The position numbers were made by a program, and so were the translations under genes. Of a stretch of DNA of 60,647 bases, positions 53,201 to 60,248 are shown piece by piece. How positions within the stretch are numbered: position 1 is the first letter of the stretch; each line of letters opens with the position of its first letter. Location of the stretch: positions 1 through 60,647 of the IMG/VR virus record IMGVR_UViG_3300031825_000011. One strand, written 5' to 3'. The stretch is from a virus (lineage: Duplodnaviria; Caudoviricetes). The notes beneath the pieces were generated by a model. The model saw only the letters and a list, made by a program, of their open reading frames with translations, was not told the DNA's origin and did no database searches.

Positions 53201-56200
53201 CGCAACAACATCATCAATACAAATCATGCCCTGTTTACCATGCTGCATGAATCTACCCATGAAGGCTTGCGCCGTGTATTCGGTAAAGAGATTGATGCGA
53301 CTTTAATGGGCATCTATCTAAGCAATCAGGATATTAAACAGCAGGCAGATAGTTTACGCGCTACACACAAAGACCTGTCACTGGTCGCGTCCGTAGAAGA
53401 AGCGCTGGCAGATATGGGCGGCAACGGTATTAAAGCAAGTGTAATGGATAAACTAATCGCTTTCGTGCGCAATTTCTTACGCAGATTAGGCATGAATCTG
53501 AAAGTATCAGATGGCGAAGTAAGGGCGATTGTTACCCGTGCCTTGGATAGCCTGAAATCACCTAGCAAGGTTACGCATTACACGATTGGTTCTGCTTATT
53601 CCGCAGATAGTTCAGGCGACCAGACTAATACGCCGGAGTTTAAGGCATGGTTTGTGGATAGTAAGGTGGTGGATGAAAATGGCGATCCTCTTGTTGTTTA
53701 TCATGGTACTGGAAATGATTTTAATGAGTTTGAAATTGGAAAAGAAGGCGGCGTTTTCTTTTCTGAATATAAATCAATAGCAAGTGCATTTGCCACAAAT
53801 GTTAGATATGGGAAATTGAAATCTAACATTGATTTAGAAGGATCAAATGTAATGCCTTCTTATTTATCATTGCAAAATCCAATGATTGTAGATTATCAAA
53901 ATAAATATTCTGTTGCAGGGGTTAAATCTGACATAACAAAGGCAAGAAAAAAAGGATTTGATGGGCTTATTATTAGAAGGGCAATGGATTTTGGTGGTAG
54001 AGCAGATCAATATGTGGCTTTTGAGCCTACTCAAATCAAATCTGCAATCGGCAACAACGGCGACTTTGACCCTACTAACCCTGACATTCGCTACAGCCGC
54101 CCAACACCGCGTCTTTCACCCGTAGTTCAACCATCAACACCAAACCAGCAATGGCAAAGCCCAGATAAAAGTAAACTGGATAACGTCATCTATATGCTGC
54201 AAAACAAGTTCGTGGACTTGAAGCGCGTGACGCAGGCTATTCAAAAATCAGGCAATACCATTGAGGATAAATGGAATCCATACCTGTTAGAAGAAAACTT
54301 CACAGGACGTACCGCAAAGCGTACTAAAGATTTTCTCAAGCAGGAATTAGAACCGCTGATGAAATCCATGCAAGCGCGTAAAGTGGAAATGGCTGACTTT
54401 GAAGAATACTTGTGGGCGCGTCATGCCGAAGAACGCAATATCCAGATTGCCAAGATTAATCCGGCAATGCAGGACGGCGGTTCTGGCATGAAAACACAGG
54501 ACGCACGCGATTATCTGGCAAACCTGACACCGGTACAAACAGCAAATTATCAGGCACTTGCCGCCAAAGTGGACGCGATTCTTAAAACTTCACGTCAGCG
54601 CTTGATTAGCTACGGACTTGAAACACCGGAAACGATTGCCGCATGGGAAGGTGCATATCAGCACTATGTACCATTGATGCGTGAGGATATGGATAATGGT
54701 TTTGGCAACGGTTCAGGCCAAGGATTTTCTGTTAAAGGCAATGCTTCCAAACGCGCAACCGGTTCTAAACGTGCCGTGGTGGACGTACTGGCGAACATTG
54801 CGCAACAGGTAGAGCGTAACATCATCCGTGGCGAAAAGAACCGTGTATCAACCGCACTGGTAGGACTAGCGACACTTAACCCGAATAAAGACTTCTGGAA
54901 AGTGGACGTTGTGCCAACAATGCGCACCGTGGTTGCCGGTAAAAATAGTTACGAAGTGCTGTACAACGGTTCTGTGGTGCAGACCTTCACTAATCCGGTT
55001 GAGGCCAATAAGTTCATTCAATGGAATGGCGCAGGCTATACGCTGAATATCGTCAAAGGTCAGGACTTGGTAATGGACGTGCCAGATCCAAGTTACAAAA
55101 ACCGTGACAATGTTGTAGTGGCGCGTATCGTCAATGCCAAAGGCAAGATCGAGGAACATTTTGTCGAGTTTAATACGCATGATGAACGCGCCATGCGTGC
55201 AGCAGCATCTATCAAGAACCTAGACCAAGACCAGATCGGTGAATTGCTTGGTACTGCGTCAAGCATTACCCGTTACTTCTCAAGCATCAACACCCAATAC
55301 AACCCGTTCTTCGGTGTCATCAACATTCTGCGTGACGTACAGGGTTCATTATTAAACCTTAGTTCTACACAATTGGCTGGCAAGCAACTGGACGTATTGA
55401 AAAATACGCCATTGGCTTTGAAAGGCATCTATCAGGATATTCGCAGTGAGCGCAAGACCGGTACACCGACTAATTCATTCTGGTCATTATTGTTTGAGGA
55501 CTTCCAGAAACAAGGTGGGCAGACCGGCTACCGCGATATGTACCGCAATGCGAAAGAACGTGGCGAAGCACTCAAGCACGCGCTTGATCCGACTTGGTGG
55601 CAACAAACGACTGCAGGCAAGATTGTCAGCATTAACGGCATCCTGGCTAAACCTGAACAATTCCTGAAAGAAGCAGGCCAGAAATACATTTTTGATTGGT
55701 TAAGCGATTACAACGAATCAATGGAAAATGCGGTGCGCCTGTCTGCTTACAAGGTCGCACTGGATAACGGCATGAGCAAAGCACAAGCTGCCAGCCTTGC
55801 CAAAAATATCAGTGTGAACTTTAACCGCAAGGGTGAAATGGGCAGGCAAATCGGTTCGCTGTATGCCTTCTTTAATGCGTCCGTTCAAGGTACTGCGCGT
55901 ATTGGTGAAACTTTATTCACAGACAACAACGGCAAACTGACATTAAGCAAAGCCGGTAAAGCGATTGTCACCGGTGGCTTATTGCTAGGTGTCATGCAGG
56001 CTTTAATGTTAGCAGCGGCAGGCTTTGGTGATGATGAACCGCCTGAATTTGTACGTGATCGCAACCTGATTATTCCTTTGGGTAACGGTAAGGCGATTAC
56101 GATTGCCATGCCATTAGGCTTTAATGCCTTGCCTGCTTTCGGACGCATTCTCACTGAATGGGCATTATCCGGTGGTGAGGACACTAGCAAACGCTTCTTC

Positions 56201-56944
56201 CATATTTTTGAAATGCTTGCAGAAGTGACTAACCCGATTGGCAATGCCGGATTATCCATGCAAACAATCACACCAACCATGTTCGATCCGCTTGCTGCTT
56301 TGGCAGAAAACAAGGATTGGACAGGCAGACCGATTGCCAAGATGGATTTCAATTCACAGAAGCCAACAGCAGGTCATACCCGTGCTAAAGATACTGCCAG
56401 TGCTATCAGCAAAGGCTTGTCTTGGGTAGTGAATGAAGCAACTGGTGGCAGCGATTACACCCCAGGCGCTTTAAGCCCGACACCAGACCAGATTGATTAC
56501 TTGCTTGGTCAAATATTCGGCGGTGTAGGCCGTGAATACATGAAGCTGGAACAGTCTGCGACCTCTATTGTGACCGGCGAAGAATTACCGGTGTACAAAA
56601 TCCCATTGGTCGGCAGGTTTTATCTCGATGCAGAAGGGCAATCATCCCAAAGTTCACGCTTCTATGACAACCTGAAATCAGTGTTTGAAACTGAAACGGA
56701 ACTGAAAGGCTTACGCAAGGACGGCCTCGATACATCAGAGTATCGCGCTAATCATCCCGAAGCGGCATTGGTATTCCGCGCTAATTTAGAACAGCGTGAG
56801 ATTAGCCAACTGCATAAATTGCGTTCAGAGAAACTCAAAGCCGATGCTTCACCAGATGAAATCAAGGCGCTGAATGAACGGATCACCGCGAGAATGCTGA
56901 AATTTAACGAACTGTTTAAAACAAGGACAACAGCAGGCGAATAA
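44222..56944 (+). CDS. Giant polyvalent virion/ejection protein (4240 aa)
   Basis: InPase-like (GNYKKGH...YGYI..T.G.DGD..DVF), LPD5-like (D.GEKIGGARKD), LPD1-like (FRGVEFG...AHEFFHALD...HEMAARAF), two further HExxH motifs, two ART-PolyVal-like (F/YHGT...KSA.GNNG.FD) and an LPD38-like C-terminus (LYAFFNASVQG). Confidence 0.9.
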   Translation: MTKPTFIDPFDNAESTKPAFVDPFETDAPTSKPEPKSGTIRRAIGDTALTALKSTIAVPEIAVGLADLVSGGRAGKLAEEAGFKPKQAKEFISDYYSPEQKLANQKVQEADGFIDTAKTALQYPSTIFHTTLESLGGMGVGGLGARGLMAVAPKVAPFVAGAIGEGLVTAGQNAEQLRQETDDGLLTGKQAAITAGSGALTGLISGASGSIAKKLGIADIDTLIAEGKLAGKATGLPKAIAGGVISEGLLEEMPQSAQEQIAQNLSLDKPWDEGVGNAAAMGALSGGLMGGGANVLNAFGGKDNTQVTPPPAPPAPEGSLTSAATIAQAVGLTPQPVTPDVTEQKPNIVDSLNAVEAQQNGVMPDTTIAPEQPLAEIQAPTLAPEQAAEKQIIDEQAQQAATSPLNDLPQPTEKQVEAGNYKKGHIKYDGLNITVENPQGSTRSGVDEDGKTWENTLANHYGYIKRTKGNDGDNLDVFVGDKPANGKVFVINQTKKDGSFDEHKAVLGAETADEAIAIYKANYADDWNGGKSVTELTTPAFKDWLKNGDPTKPLETVSATNNDVDMTKVAIGEKVDVGGVPYVKTENGFERVTSATENVVNATSVDTTTTLPERVDETANGVQVPAINQAIVGEDDLPFDSYAQKNVDAANNAKANWISAQTDLISARDIAFTDSDKLYEDIKQNRRGMTFEKATSLIDAAEKDAIVDSVIANKLRNDIAPLATTNNAEPAQPADTVRPLVEQLTKLRATADKHPSFDPALKAAKDFMAGKKVSPRQFKNFANLLGKKNKAFREVLMQLHDQAASTPEQLAAKEKKSKLAKAMLAERMKLDTTKDGLMQAMAKLGGLNADKAKSEFGIDPADMRQHGAGIKRSFNKNGLDADTMRELLKEQGYPVGETVADLGNAIADAMSGIDVLTAAGQEALAQKKYEEYANGIDELSDDEQALLDELVTKATAKYGAEALAEIDASLAESMKGQPQPEIERALLRMLKEEFDDETGNAGTSQATEGQAGQDTETGSTENGGRRAQQDGAEIEGQGSETSQVAEVTDNFTLSGQTNEDINAGIAAQEAEARAQQEQAKSDEAARIEAERKSRQEIAADSFDLTQTGKDAKSTKANDAKVIDNQFAGQGDLLSQPAEQPKSETKAANNIQDLGEKIGGARKDTAVSTGTKAKRTDKNPDVPTWAKRYNITETVYSSDENENGTWSIYDSRDKNRLGLPREIGKGFASKEAAMAELPALVVGAKHRVVATAQRPDGTYGYEIYRSINDRKRVKIVDKVFDDRIEALTYMGEHAAEILETNTTFGEVDLPTPDDTNRVGVARRSGDVKDTDFMDTFGFRGVEFGEWNNQIERQQVMNAAYDGLLDLAEVLNLPPKALTLNGDLALAFGARGQGLSAAKAHYERDKSVINLTKMNGAGSLAHEFFHALDHYLGRQDGKASSEWVTDSDGTRSFKAKEVEDDMVSSGFSYKSNVREEVRTAYKALMETMFRKATTYVEDTQEADKFVARAKDDLASKLDSIRNELSAQKDPKYYKRNNKPATAEQLAEFDTIAKQLLDGQGLDAEYRAIDDGRKRTRKWQLPAGRHTNDALEKISAIYKAVRGRNGFDSTNQNGTMDYLRGTMSRYSGRLKMLADAQQGNEKVRQVPTNFALNAKELDQGRGKDYWTTPHEMAARAFQGYVEDKITATGGKSPFLNYGREGAGILTPWGVKFPFPRGEERKAINAALDKFVSALQTKETDKGISLYSRSNNKTGDSGLGNVTVKPIKTLSKAIQTALDAENAVQVSVTGGNVNVLREIAKTFGKQIIFYNEANPFTPLGAGVRENGRVQVQPGRTENDAATGTVSEGNPVQGERSESSGRSDGFVNTGLPGYIFLRVDGKNNALYIVGHELGHSLRMDDPALWAQMGKQLQPLIRQWGKYKAESGYDFNNDVEYVEELFGDIIGDNFTNQDFWNDVAAQSPSLFKRIANKAIQLLNKVITAIKDRNANAFLTDATQARAIIANTLVKYADNVNKGVYAKYASELDAGNKRSINSQPATLNANGKPIYSTQEGIDNFWEWFNDIQFRGLAQTGKTGADGRGNDSTRTGTGKQAYGLDEQGRPRIFFHGTASDFSAFDLEHAQRKDRGWLGDGVYLTNDTLLAESYSNLKAGNADPNIMPLYVALHNPYFATIKVKQALKGASKQEITDFTDKLKALGHDGVVLEYNDETSEVVAFYSNQVKSAVGNNGDFDAKNDDIRYSRPSAPTFYSALAKAIPLAKQDTMPAGQWKNWLVANAGKMNVKQAELQWSGLTDYLDLQQGKVSKADIQQYLDANGVQVSETMLGDKSENDYRVLEEKYDNAADAVNEAIRNHVSFEEQDRLRAIRDDYQDQIIENAKKVDATKYAKYTVAGGENYKELLLTLPEKTPLSDDERNELNNLGMKMNNDIDFSYKDQKRYRELMDKSALRVDNNYKSSHFEQRNILAHVRFDERVDADGNKVLFINEIQSDWGQEGKKKGFGDGITIKKDINGFYRAYSRDGSSIELRVNGERFSALSTEQAVRDALPTSYTPHVIPTAPFVTETKSWVSLALKRMIRYAAENGFDKVALINGQQAADLYDLSKQINMASAIANNDGTYNLILEDKSANEISGYAGGGKKLNAQELEDTIGKDLAAKLIEGADKNKSKPWPKNASVNPAFFTLRGIDLKVGGEGMRAFYDEIVPSTARDVLRKLGVSPHSLGSKAKSSKVIGNSSLVDAKFFSDLVLSKTFIDKGFKGVDSESKRVVQSKMLAIGKDDKILKSVIRAIPVDVMNMLNSQKLSAEMFFHNPTMLINYSVVPLRPNMPTAVDVSSALIRGIASATAKEVDSLGISDSVGFSGKDSAATGTLMDSHNITPSSSVGLEAGDVSASSASSIIHPILINGSIQLGFTITPELRAKALEGLPLFSRPQSKFSQKSTGIDIRDLNAVVANVNQALRGLPATYVLEDYTKAPAELVADIKRDKAYDAAGAWHNGEIYLFRNNIINTNHALFTMLHESTHEGLRRVFGKEIDATLMGIYLSNQDIKQQADSLRATHKDLSLVASVEEALADMGGNGIKASVMDKLIAFVRNFLRRLGMNLKVSDGEVRAIVTRALDSLKSPSKVTHYTIGSAYSADSSGDQTNTPEFKAWFVDSKVVDENGDPLVVYHGTGNDFNEFEIGKEGGVFFSEYKSIASAFATNVRYGKLKSNIDLEGSNVMPSYLSLQNPMIVDYQNKYSVAGVKSDITKARKKGFDGLIIRRAMDFGGRADQYVAFEPTQIKSAIGNNGDFDPTNPDIRYSRPTPRLSPVVQPSTPNQQWQSPDKSKLDNVIYMLQNKFVDLKRVTQAIQKSGNTIEDKWNPYLLEENFTGRTAKRTKDFLKQELEPLMKSMQARKVEMADFEEYLWARHAEERNIQIAKINPAMQDGGSGMKTQDARDYLANLTPVQTANYQALAAKVDAILKTSRQRLISYGLETPETIAAWEGAYQHYVPLMREDMDNGFGNGSGQGFSVKGNASKRATGSKRAVVDVLANIAQQVERNIIRGEKNRVSTALVGLATLNPNKDFWKVDVVPTMRTVVAGKNSYEVLYNGSVVQTFTNPVEANKFIQWNGAGYTLNIVKGQDLVMDVPDPSYKNRDNVVVARIVNAKGKIEEHFVEFNTHDERAMRAAASIKNLDQDQIGELLGTASSITRYFSSINTQYNPFFGVINILRDVQGSLLNLSSTQLAGKQLDVLKNTPLALKGIYQDIRSERKTGTPTNSFWSLLFEDFQKQGGQTGYRDMYRNAKERGEALKHALDPTWWQQTTAGKIVSINGILAKPEQFLKEAGQKYIFDWLSDYNESMENAVRLSAYKVALDNGMSKAQAASLAKNISVNFNRKGEMGRQIGSLYAFFNASVQGTARIGETLFTDNNGKLTLSKAGKAIVTGGLLLGVMQALMLAAAGFGDDEPPEFVRDRNLIIPLGNGKAITIAMPLGFNALPAFGRILTEWALSGGEDTSKRFFHIFEMLAEVTNPIGNAGLSMQTITPTMFDPLAALAENKDWTGRPIAKMDFNSQKPTAGHTRAKDTASAISKGLSWVVNEATGGSDYTPGALSPTPDQIDYLLGQIFGGVGREYMKLEQSATSIVTGEELPVYKIPLVGRFYLDAEGQSSQSSRFYDNLKSVFETETELKGLRKDGLDTSEYRANHPEAALVFRANLEQREISQLHKLRSEKLKADASPDEIKALNERITARMLKFNELFKTRTTAGE
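47205..47354 (+). CDS. Nested +1-frame ORF in the giant gene (49 aa)
   Basis: AGAGGAG RBS; MMKQVMQELAKLPKDRQDKILKLAALKMAADAHSKMAQKLKDKEAKPAK. Confidence 0.5.
   Translation: MMKQVMQELAKLPKDRQDKILKLAALKMAADAHSKMAQKLKDKEAKPAK
49590..49874 (+). CDS. Nested +1-frame ORF in the giant gene (94 aa)
   Basis: AGGGGGT RBS 7 nt upstream; overlaps a linker-like stretch of the giant protein. Confidence 0.4.
   Translation: MSYEKLQKHSENKSSFITKRTLSRPWALVCVKTGEYRYSLEELKTMLPPAQYQKAIQYRESVANPVDDPTDLLTLDFLDIYFSELMEKTTRSTL
50394..50597 (+). CDS. Nested +1-frame ORF in the giant gene (67 aa)
   Basis: GGGAG RBS; candidate promoter TTTAAA-17-TATACT; coincides with an insertion in ART domain 1. Confidence 0.5.
   Translation: MTFNSEDWRRRVKLAQTDEEMTALALELESKPTDLMNKADQESSFTEQHPISAPLILNTRKGKIVVG
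52331..52819 (-). CDS. HNH endonuclease nested antisense inside the giant gene
   Basis: C..CG..F...FCS..C Zn finger, EHRRIMEEHLGR.L...EHVHHINGD.TDNRLENL and C-terminal HTH (LTQNQIAEKLGINQATVS); AGAAGGAG RBS. Confidence 0.9.
   Translation of the reverse strand: MAIHKCTSCGTVFTRKTNRIRDSKTINFFCSRACYATYERRGHIDSSGHIRSKWNYTVIYEHRRIMEEHLGRKLLAVEHVHHINGDGTDNRLENLVVLSNSEHLRLHHSFALGINAFEPLVNEGLTQNQIAEKLGINQATVSNYLRRFGLTTKRMRANAKLA
52827..52891 (-). promoter_or_regulatory. Expression signals of the antisense HNH gene
   Basis: Perfect TATAAT (52886-52891), leader hairpin GCTGATGATG/CATCACCAGC, RBS at 52827-52834; no clear -35. Confidence 0.65.
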
Positions 56945-57005
56945 CAGCAAACAAAGCGAAGCCGCCCAAGATGATCCAGCCGATAACCAAAAATAGTTTA
57001 TCCAT
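56916..57005 (-). CDS. Small hydrophobic peptide (29 aa)
   Basis: MDKLFLVIGWIILGGFALFAVIRLLLSLF; overlaps the 3' end of the giant gene convergently. Confidence 0.45.
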   Translation of the reverse strand: MDKLFLVIGWIILGGFALFAVIRLLLSLF

Positions 57006-57125
57006 AGTGACCCTATCTTCAAAATCACATACTAGCAAATTTATCGCTGGTATGTGGGGTATGAATGGGGAACGATTAACCGAACAAATCAGAAGCCGCT
57101 TTACGTGGCTTTTTTTGTGGGAGTA

Positions 57126-58283
57126 ATGATGACTGCCAAAATAGATGAAGCGTTAAAAGAGTGGGCAACAATTAGACAACTGGAATACATTGAAGCGATT
57201 AATGCAACATTAAACCTGCATGAAGCCGCCAGGCAATTAGGCGTATCACGGCAGACAATCCAAAACAGCATGAAACTGTTACGCAAAAAAGCCGCTACAC
57301 AGGGATTTTCGCCGGAACATGGCTATATTCATACTGTACCTGACCCGTTTATTGTAACCGGTATATCGACCTATCATAAAGATACGCGCCAGTGGGTGAA
57401 GTCTAAACTAGACGATAAGAAGCGAGAAGAAGCAATCCGTGAAGGGTTTGAAGTTATGGCAAATGACTTGCCTAGACTTGAAGCGATACGGAAGCCTATA
57501 ACTATACACGATCAGTTATGTAATCTTTTTACCGTCACTGATTTTCACCTGGGGATGCTTGCCAACGAAAAGGAAAGCGGCAACGATTGGGATTTGAAAA
57601 TAGCAGAAGCTACCTTGGTCGGTTGCTTTGAACAGATGATTTTATCATGCCCGAATGCGTCAATTGGTGTCATCAATCAGCTTGGCGACTTCCTGCATAG
57701 CGATGGCATTATGCCGGTGACACCAACCAGCGGTCACATTGTAGATCAGGACGGCAGGTTCGCAAAAATTGTCACGGTTGCACTTCGCTTATTGCGAAGA
57801 ATTATTGATATAGCTTTAATGCGTCATGAAAAGGTTATTGTGCTAATGGCAGAAGGCAATCACGATATTACTTCTAGTATCTGGTTACGAGTAATGTTTA
57901 AAGCGCTGTATGAAAATGAACCACGCATTGAAGTCATTGATTCCGATTTGCCGTATTACCAATACCAGCACGGGAATACGATGCTGGCTTTCCATCATGG
58001 GCATTTATCAAAAAACGATTCATTACCTTTACTGTTTGCGTCACAGTTCCCTAAAGTCTGGGGCAATACCACCAAGCGCTATTGCCATACAGGACACCGC
58101 CACCATGTAGAAGAAAAAGAACACAGCGGCATGAAAGTGATCCAGCACGCAACTTTATCAGCAAGGGATGCTTACGCTTCTCGCGGCGGATGGTTATCAG
58201 AAAGAGAAGCAACGGCTATTACTTATCACAAAGAATATGGACAGGTTGCGAGAACTACCGTGACACCGGAAATGCTGCAATAA
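57126..58283 (+). CDS. HTH + calcineurin-like metallophosphoesterase
   Basis: HEAARQLGVSRQTI HTH; TDFHLG, LGDFLHSD, GNHD, HGH and GHRHH motifs. Confidence 0.85.
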   Translation: MMTAKIDEALKEWATIRQLEYIEAINATLNLHEAARQLGVSRQTIQNSMKLLRKKAATQGFSPEHGYIHTVPDPFIVTGISTYHKDTRQWVKSKLDDKKREEAIREGFEVMANDLPRLEAIRKPITIHDQLCNLFTVTDFHLGMLANEKESGNDWDLKIAEATLVGCFEQMILSCPNASIGVINQLGDFLHSDGIMPVTPTSGHIVDQDGRFAKIVTVALRLLRRIIDIALMRHEKVIVLMAEGNHDITSSIWLRVMFKALYENEPRIEVIDSDLPYYQYQHGNTMLAFHHGHLSKNDSLPLLFASQFPKVWGNTTKRYCHTGHRHHVEEKEHSGMKVIQHATLSARDAYASRGGWLSEREATAITYHKEYGQVARTTVTPEMLQ

Positions 58284-58354
58284 TGTTATTATTGTCGGTA
58301 CGGATAGATTTATTTAATCTGATTATGTTAATATTCGTTCTTTACGAAATTTAG

Positions 58355-58585
58355 TCTTACTATTTTTCTTACCATCGTGCTTGTAAGGCGCGTCAATACT
58401 AGATGATTGATGCTCTCCTTTCGCACCATATCATAGCTTTAAAATCCCCTGTAAACCGCTTATATATTGGCCTTCTGGCCTTTTATATAGCGGTTTTCTA
58501 TTTTGGTAATATCTGGTGATAAGTGGTTGCTTGTGGGCATATAAAGATATATATTCTTACTAAATTCTTACCACCATTCTTACCA
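58355..58585. other. attP: tRNA-Leu-like core plus arm-type repeats
   Basis: Core CTCTCCTTTCGCACCA at 58413-58428 (tRNA 3' end with CCA); (T)TCTTAC(C/T)A repeats at 58355, 58366, 58554, 58565, 58577. Confidence 0.75.
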
Positions 58586-58588
58586 TTC

Positions 58589-59557
58589 ATGGCAACCGTA
58601 CAAAAAACAGCTTCCGGCAAGTGGAAATTTACCGCTACCGTAAACTATAAGCAGCACACCAAGACCTTTGAAACTAAAGCCGAGGGGTATGTGTGGGAAG
58701 AATTGCTGAAAGCCGGTAAAGGTAAAACGCCGTCCATTACGTTCGGCAAATTGCTGGAAAAATACCGTGATGAAGTTTCTGTAAATAAAAAAGGTGAGCG
58801 ATGGGAAAGCATTAGAATCGGATTATTCCTGCGCGATAAGATAGCAGATATTAAAATCGCAGATTTATCTAAGGCTACTTTTGCAGAGTGGCGCGACCGG
58901 CGCTTAAAAGAAGTTTCTGCATTATCGGTACTGCGTGAATGGGCATTACTTAGTCATTGCCTGCAGATTGCGGTGAACGAATGGGAATACCTGCCAGACA
59001 ATCCAATGAAGGGATTGAAAAAACCCAAGGGTGAACCGCCAAGAGATAGGTTAATTAGCCAGGATGAAATTGACCGCTTATGTTTTGCGCTGAATTATAC
59101 GCCCACTGCTGAACTGTCAACCGTCACCAGCAGAATAGGGGCTGCATTCATGTTTGCCATTGAAACGGCATTTAGGGCGCAAGAGATATGTAATTTAAGA
59201 TGGGTTGATATATCTGGCAGGGTTGCCAAGATCAACGATTCCAAGACGTTCGCAGGTGTGCGTGAAGTACCGTTAAGTAGTGTGGCTATGGCAATCGTTC
59301 AGCAGTGCAAGGGAGTTGATAAAAATCTGGTATTCAACATTAAGACCAGCCAGCTAGATGCGCTATTCAGGAAGGCAAAGAAGTTGGCTATGGTTGATGG
59401 GTTGCACTTTCATGATACTCGCGCGGAAGCAATCACGCGCCTTGCTAAAAAGCTGGATATACTAGACTTAGCCAGAATGGTTGGGCATAAAGATTTAAAA
59501 ATGCTCATGGTTTATTACCGTGAATCAGCCAGCGACATAGCCAAAAGGCTAGACTAA
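58589..59557 (+). CDS. int: Tyrosine integrase
   Basis: Catalytic R (TAFRAQEI), K (SKT), HDTR, GH and YY. Confidence 0.95.
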   Translation: MATVQKTASGKWKFTATVNYKQHTKTFETKAEGYVWEELLKAGKGKTPSITFGKLLEKYRDEVSVNKKGERWESIRIGLFLRDKIADIKIADLSKATFAEWRDRRLKEVSALSVLREWALLSHCLQIAVNEWEYLPDNPMKGLKKPKGEPPRDRLISQDEIDRLCFALNYTPTAELSTVTSRIGAAFMFAIETAFRAQEICNLRWVDISGRVAKINDSKTFAGVREVPLSSVAMAIVQQCKGVDKNLVFNIKTSQLDALFRKAKKLAMVDGLHFHDTRAEAITRLAKKLDILDLARMVGHKDLKMLMVYYRESASDIAKRLD

Positions 59558-59730
59558 GCCGCTTTCTGTTTCAGATAATTATCAATATCTTCCGCTATCC
59601 ATTGTGGATGCGCTTTCGGTGTTAGCTTTACCGGCTTCGGAAAGTCAGGTTGATGCTTGATGCACTTGCGAAAGTGATCTATTGATATTCTTAGTTTATC
59701 TGCAGCTTCTTTTGTTTTTAATAGCTTCAT
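59554..59730 (-). CDS. xis: AlpA-family excisionase
   Basis: MKLLKTKEAADKLRIS...DFPKPVKL...W...DIDNYL; convergent with int; not in the ORF track (58 aa). Confidence 0.8.
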   Translation of the reverse strand: MKLLKTKEAADKLRISIDHFRKCIKHQPDFPKPVKLTPKAHPQWIAEDIDNYLKQKAA

Positions 59731-59751
59731 GATCTGTTCCCCGTATTATTC

Positions 59752-60114
59752 TTAAATTGCCATTGCCTTGTCAATTTCGGCATCAATCTTATTGCTGTCA
59801 TTAATATAATCAATATGCCTCAAGGTAATAAATCCTTCCAGGCTATCACTTACGTTTAATGCCTTGGCACGCAGGAAGCGGTAGCGTTCTGCGTCTTTTC
59901 TGTTTTCTTCTACCCGAACCATAAGTCTTACGTTGGCATCAATTAAATCTTGAGTGCATTTATTGTTAAATGTAGAAAGCAGGTCTTTTCTAATTGTTTC
60001 CTGAATATTCAGATGACACATACAGACCTTACCGGCGTAGCCGTAGGATTTATTCGGATCAAGTATTGCGCCTTGGCAGTTTTCGCAGGTTTTCATATTA
60101 ATTACCCCCAACAA
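59752..60114 (-). CDS. Early hypothetical protein (Ead/Ea22-like C-terminus)
   Basis: KDAERYRFLR...D..ID.AM motif. Confidence 0.65.
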   Translation of the reverse strand: MLGVINMKTCENCQGAILDPNKSYGYAGKVCMCHLNIQETIRKDLLSTFNNKCTQDLIDANVRLMVRVEENRKDAERYRFLRAKALNVSDSLEGFITLRHIDYINDSNKIDAEIDKAMAI

Positions 60115-60248
60115 TAATTACCCATCTATCACCATAGTAATACTGCACCCTATTACAGCACTTGCATTGCCTGCGTGCTATTGAACCGTTACCATACAGA
60201 CCGTATTTATAATTATGTAGATTAAATGTGCAAAGTAATCGGTTCATA

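Noticed and set aside
58413-58428. tRNA gene
   Set aside because: Only the last 16 nt are present; interpreted as the att core
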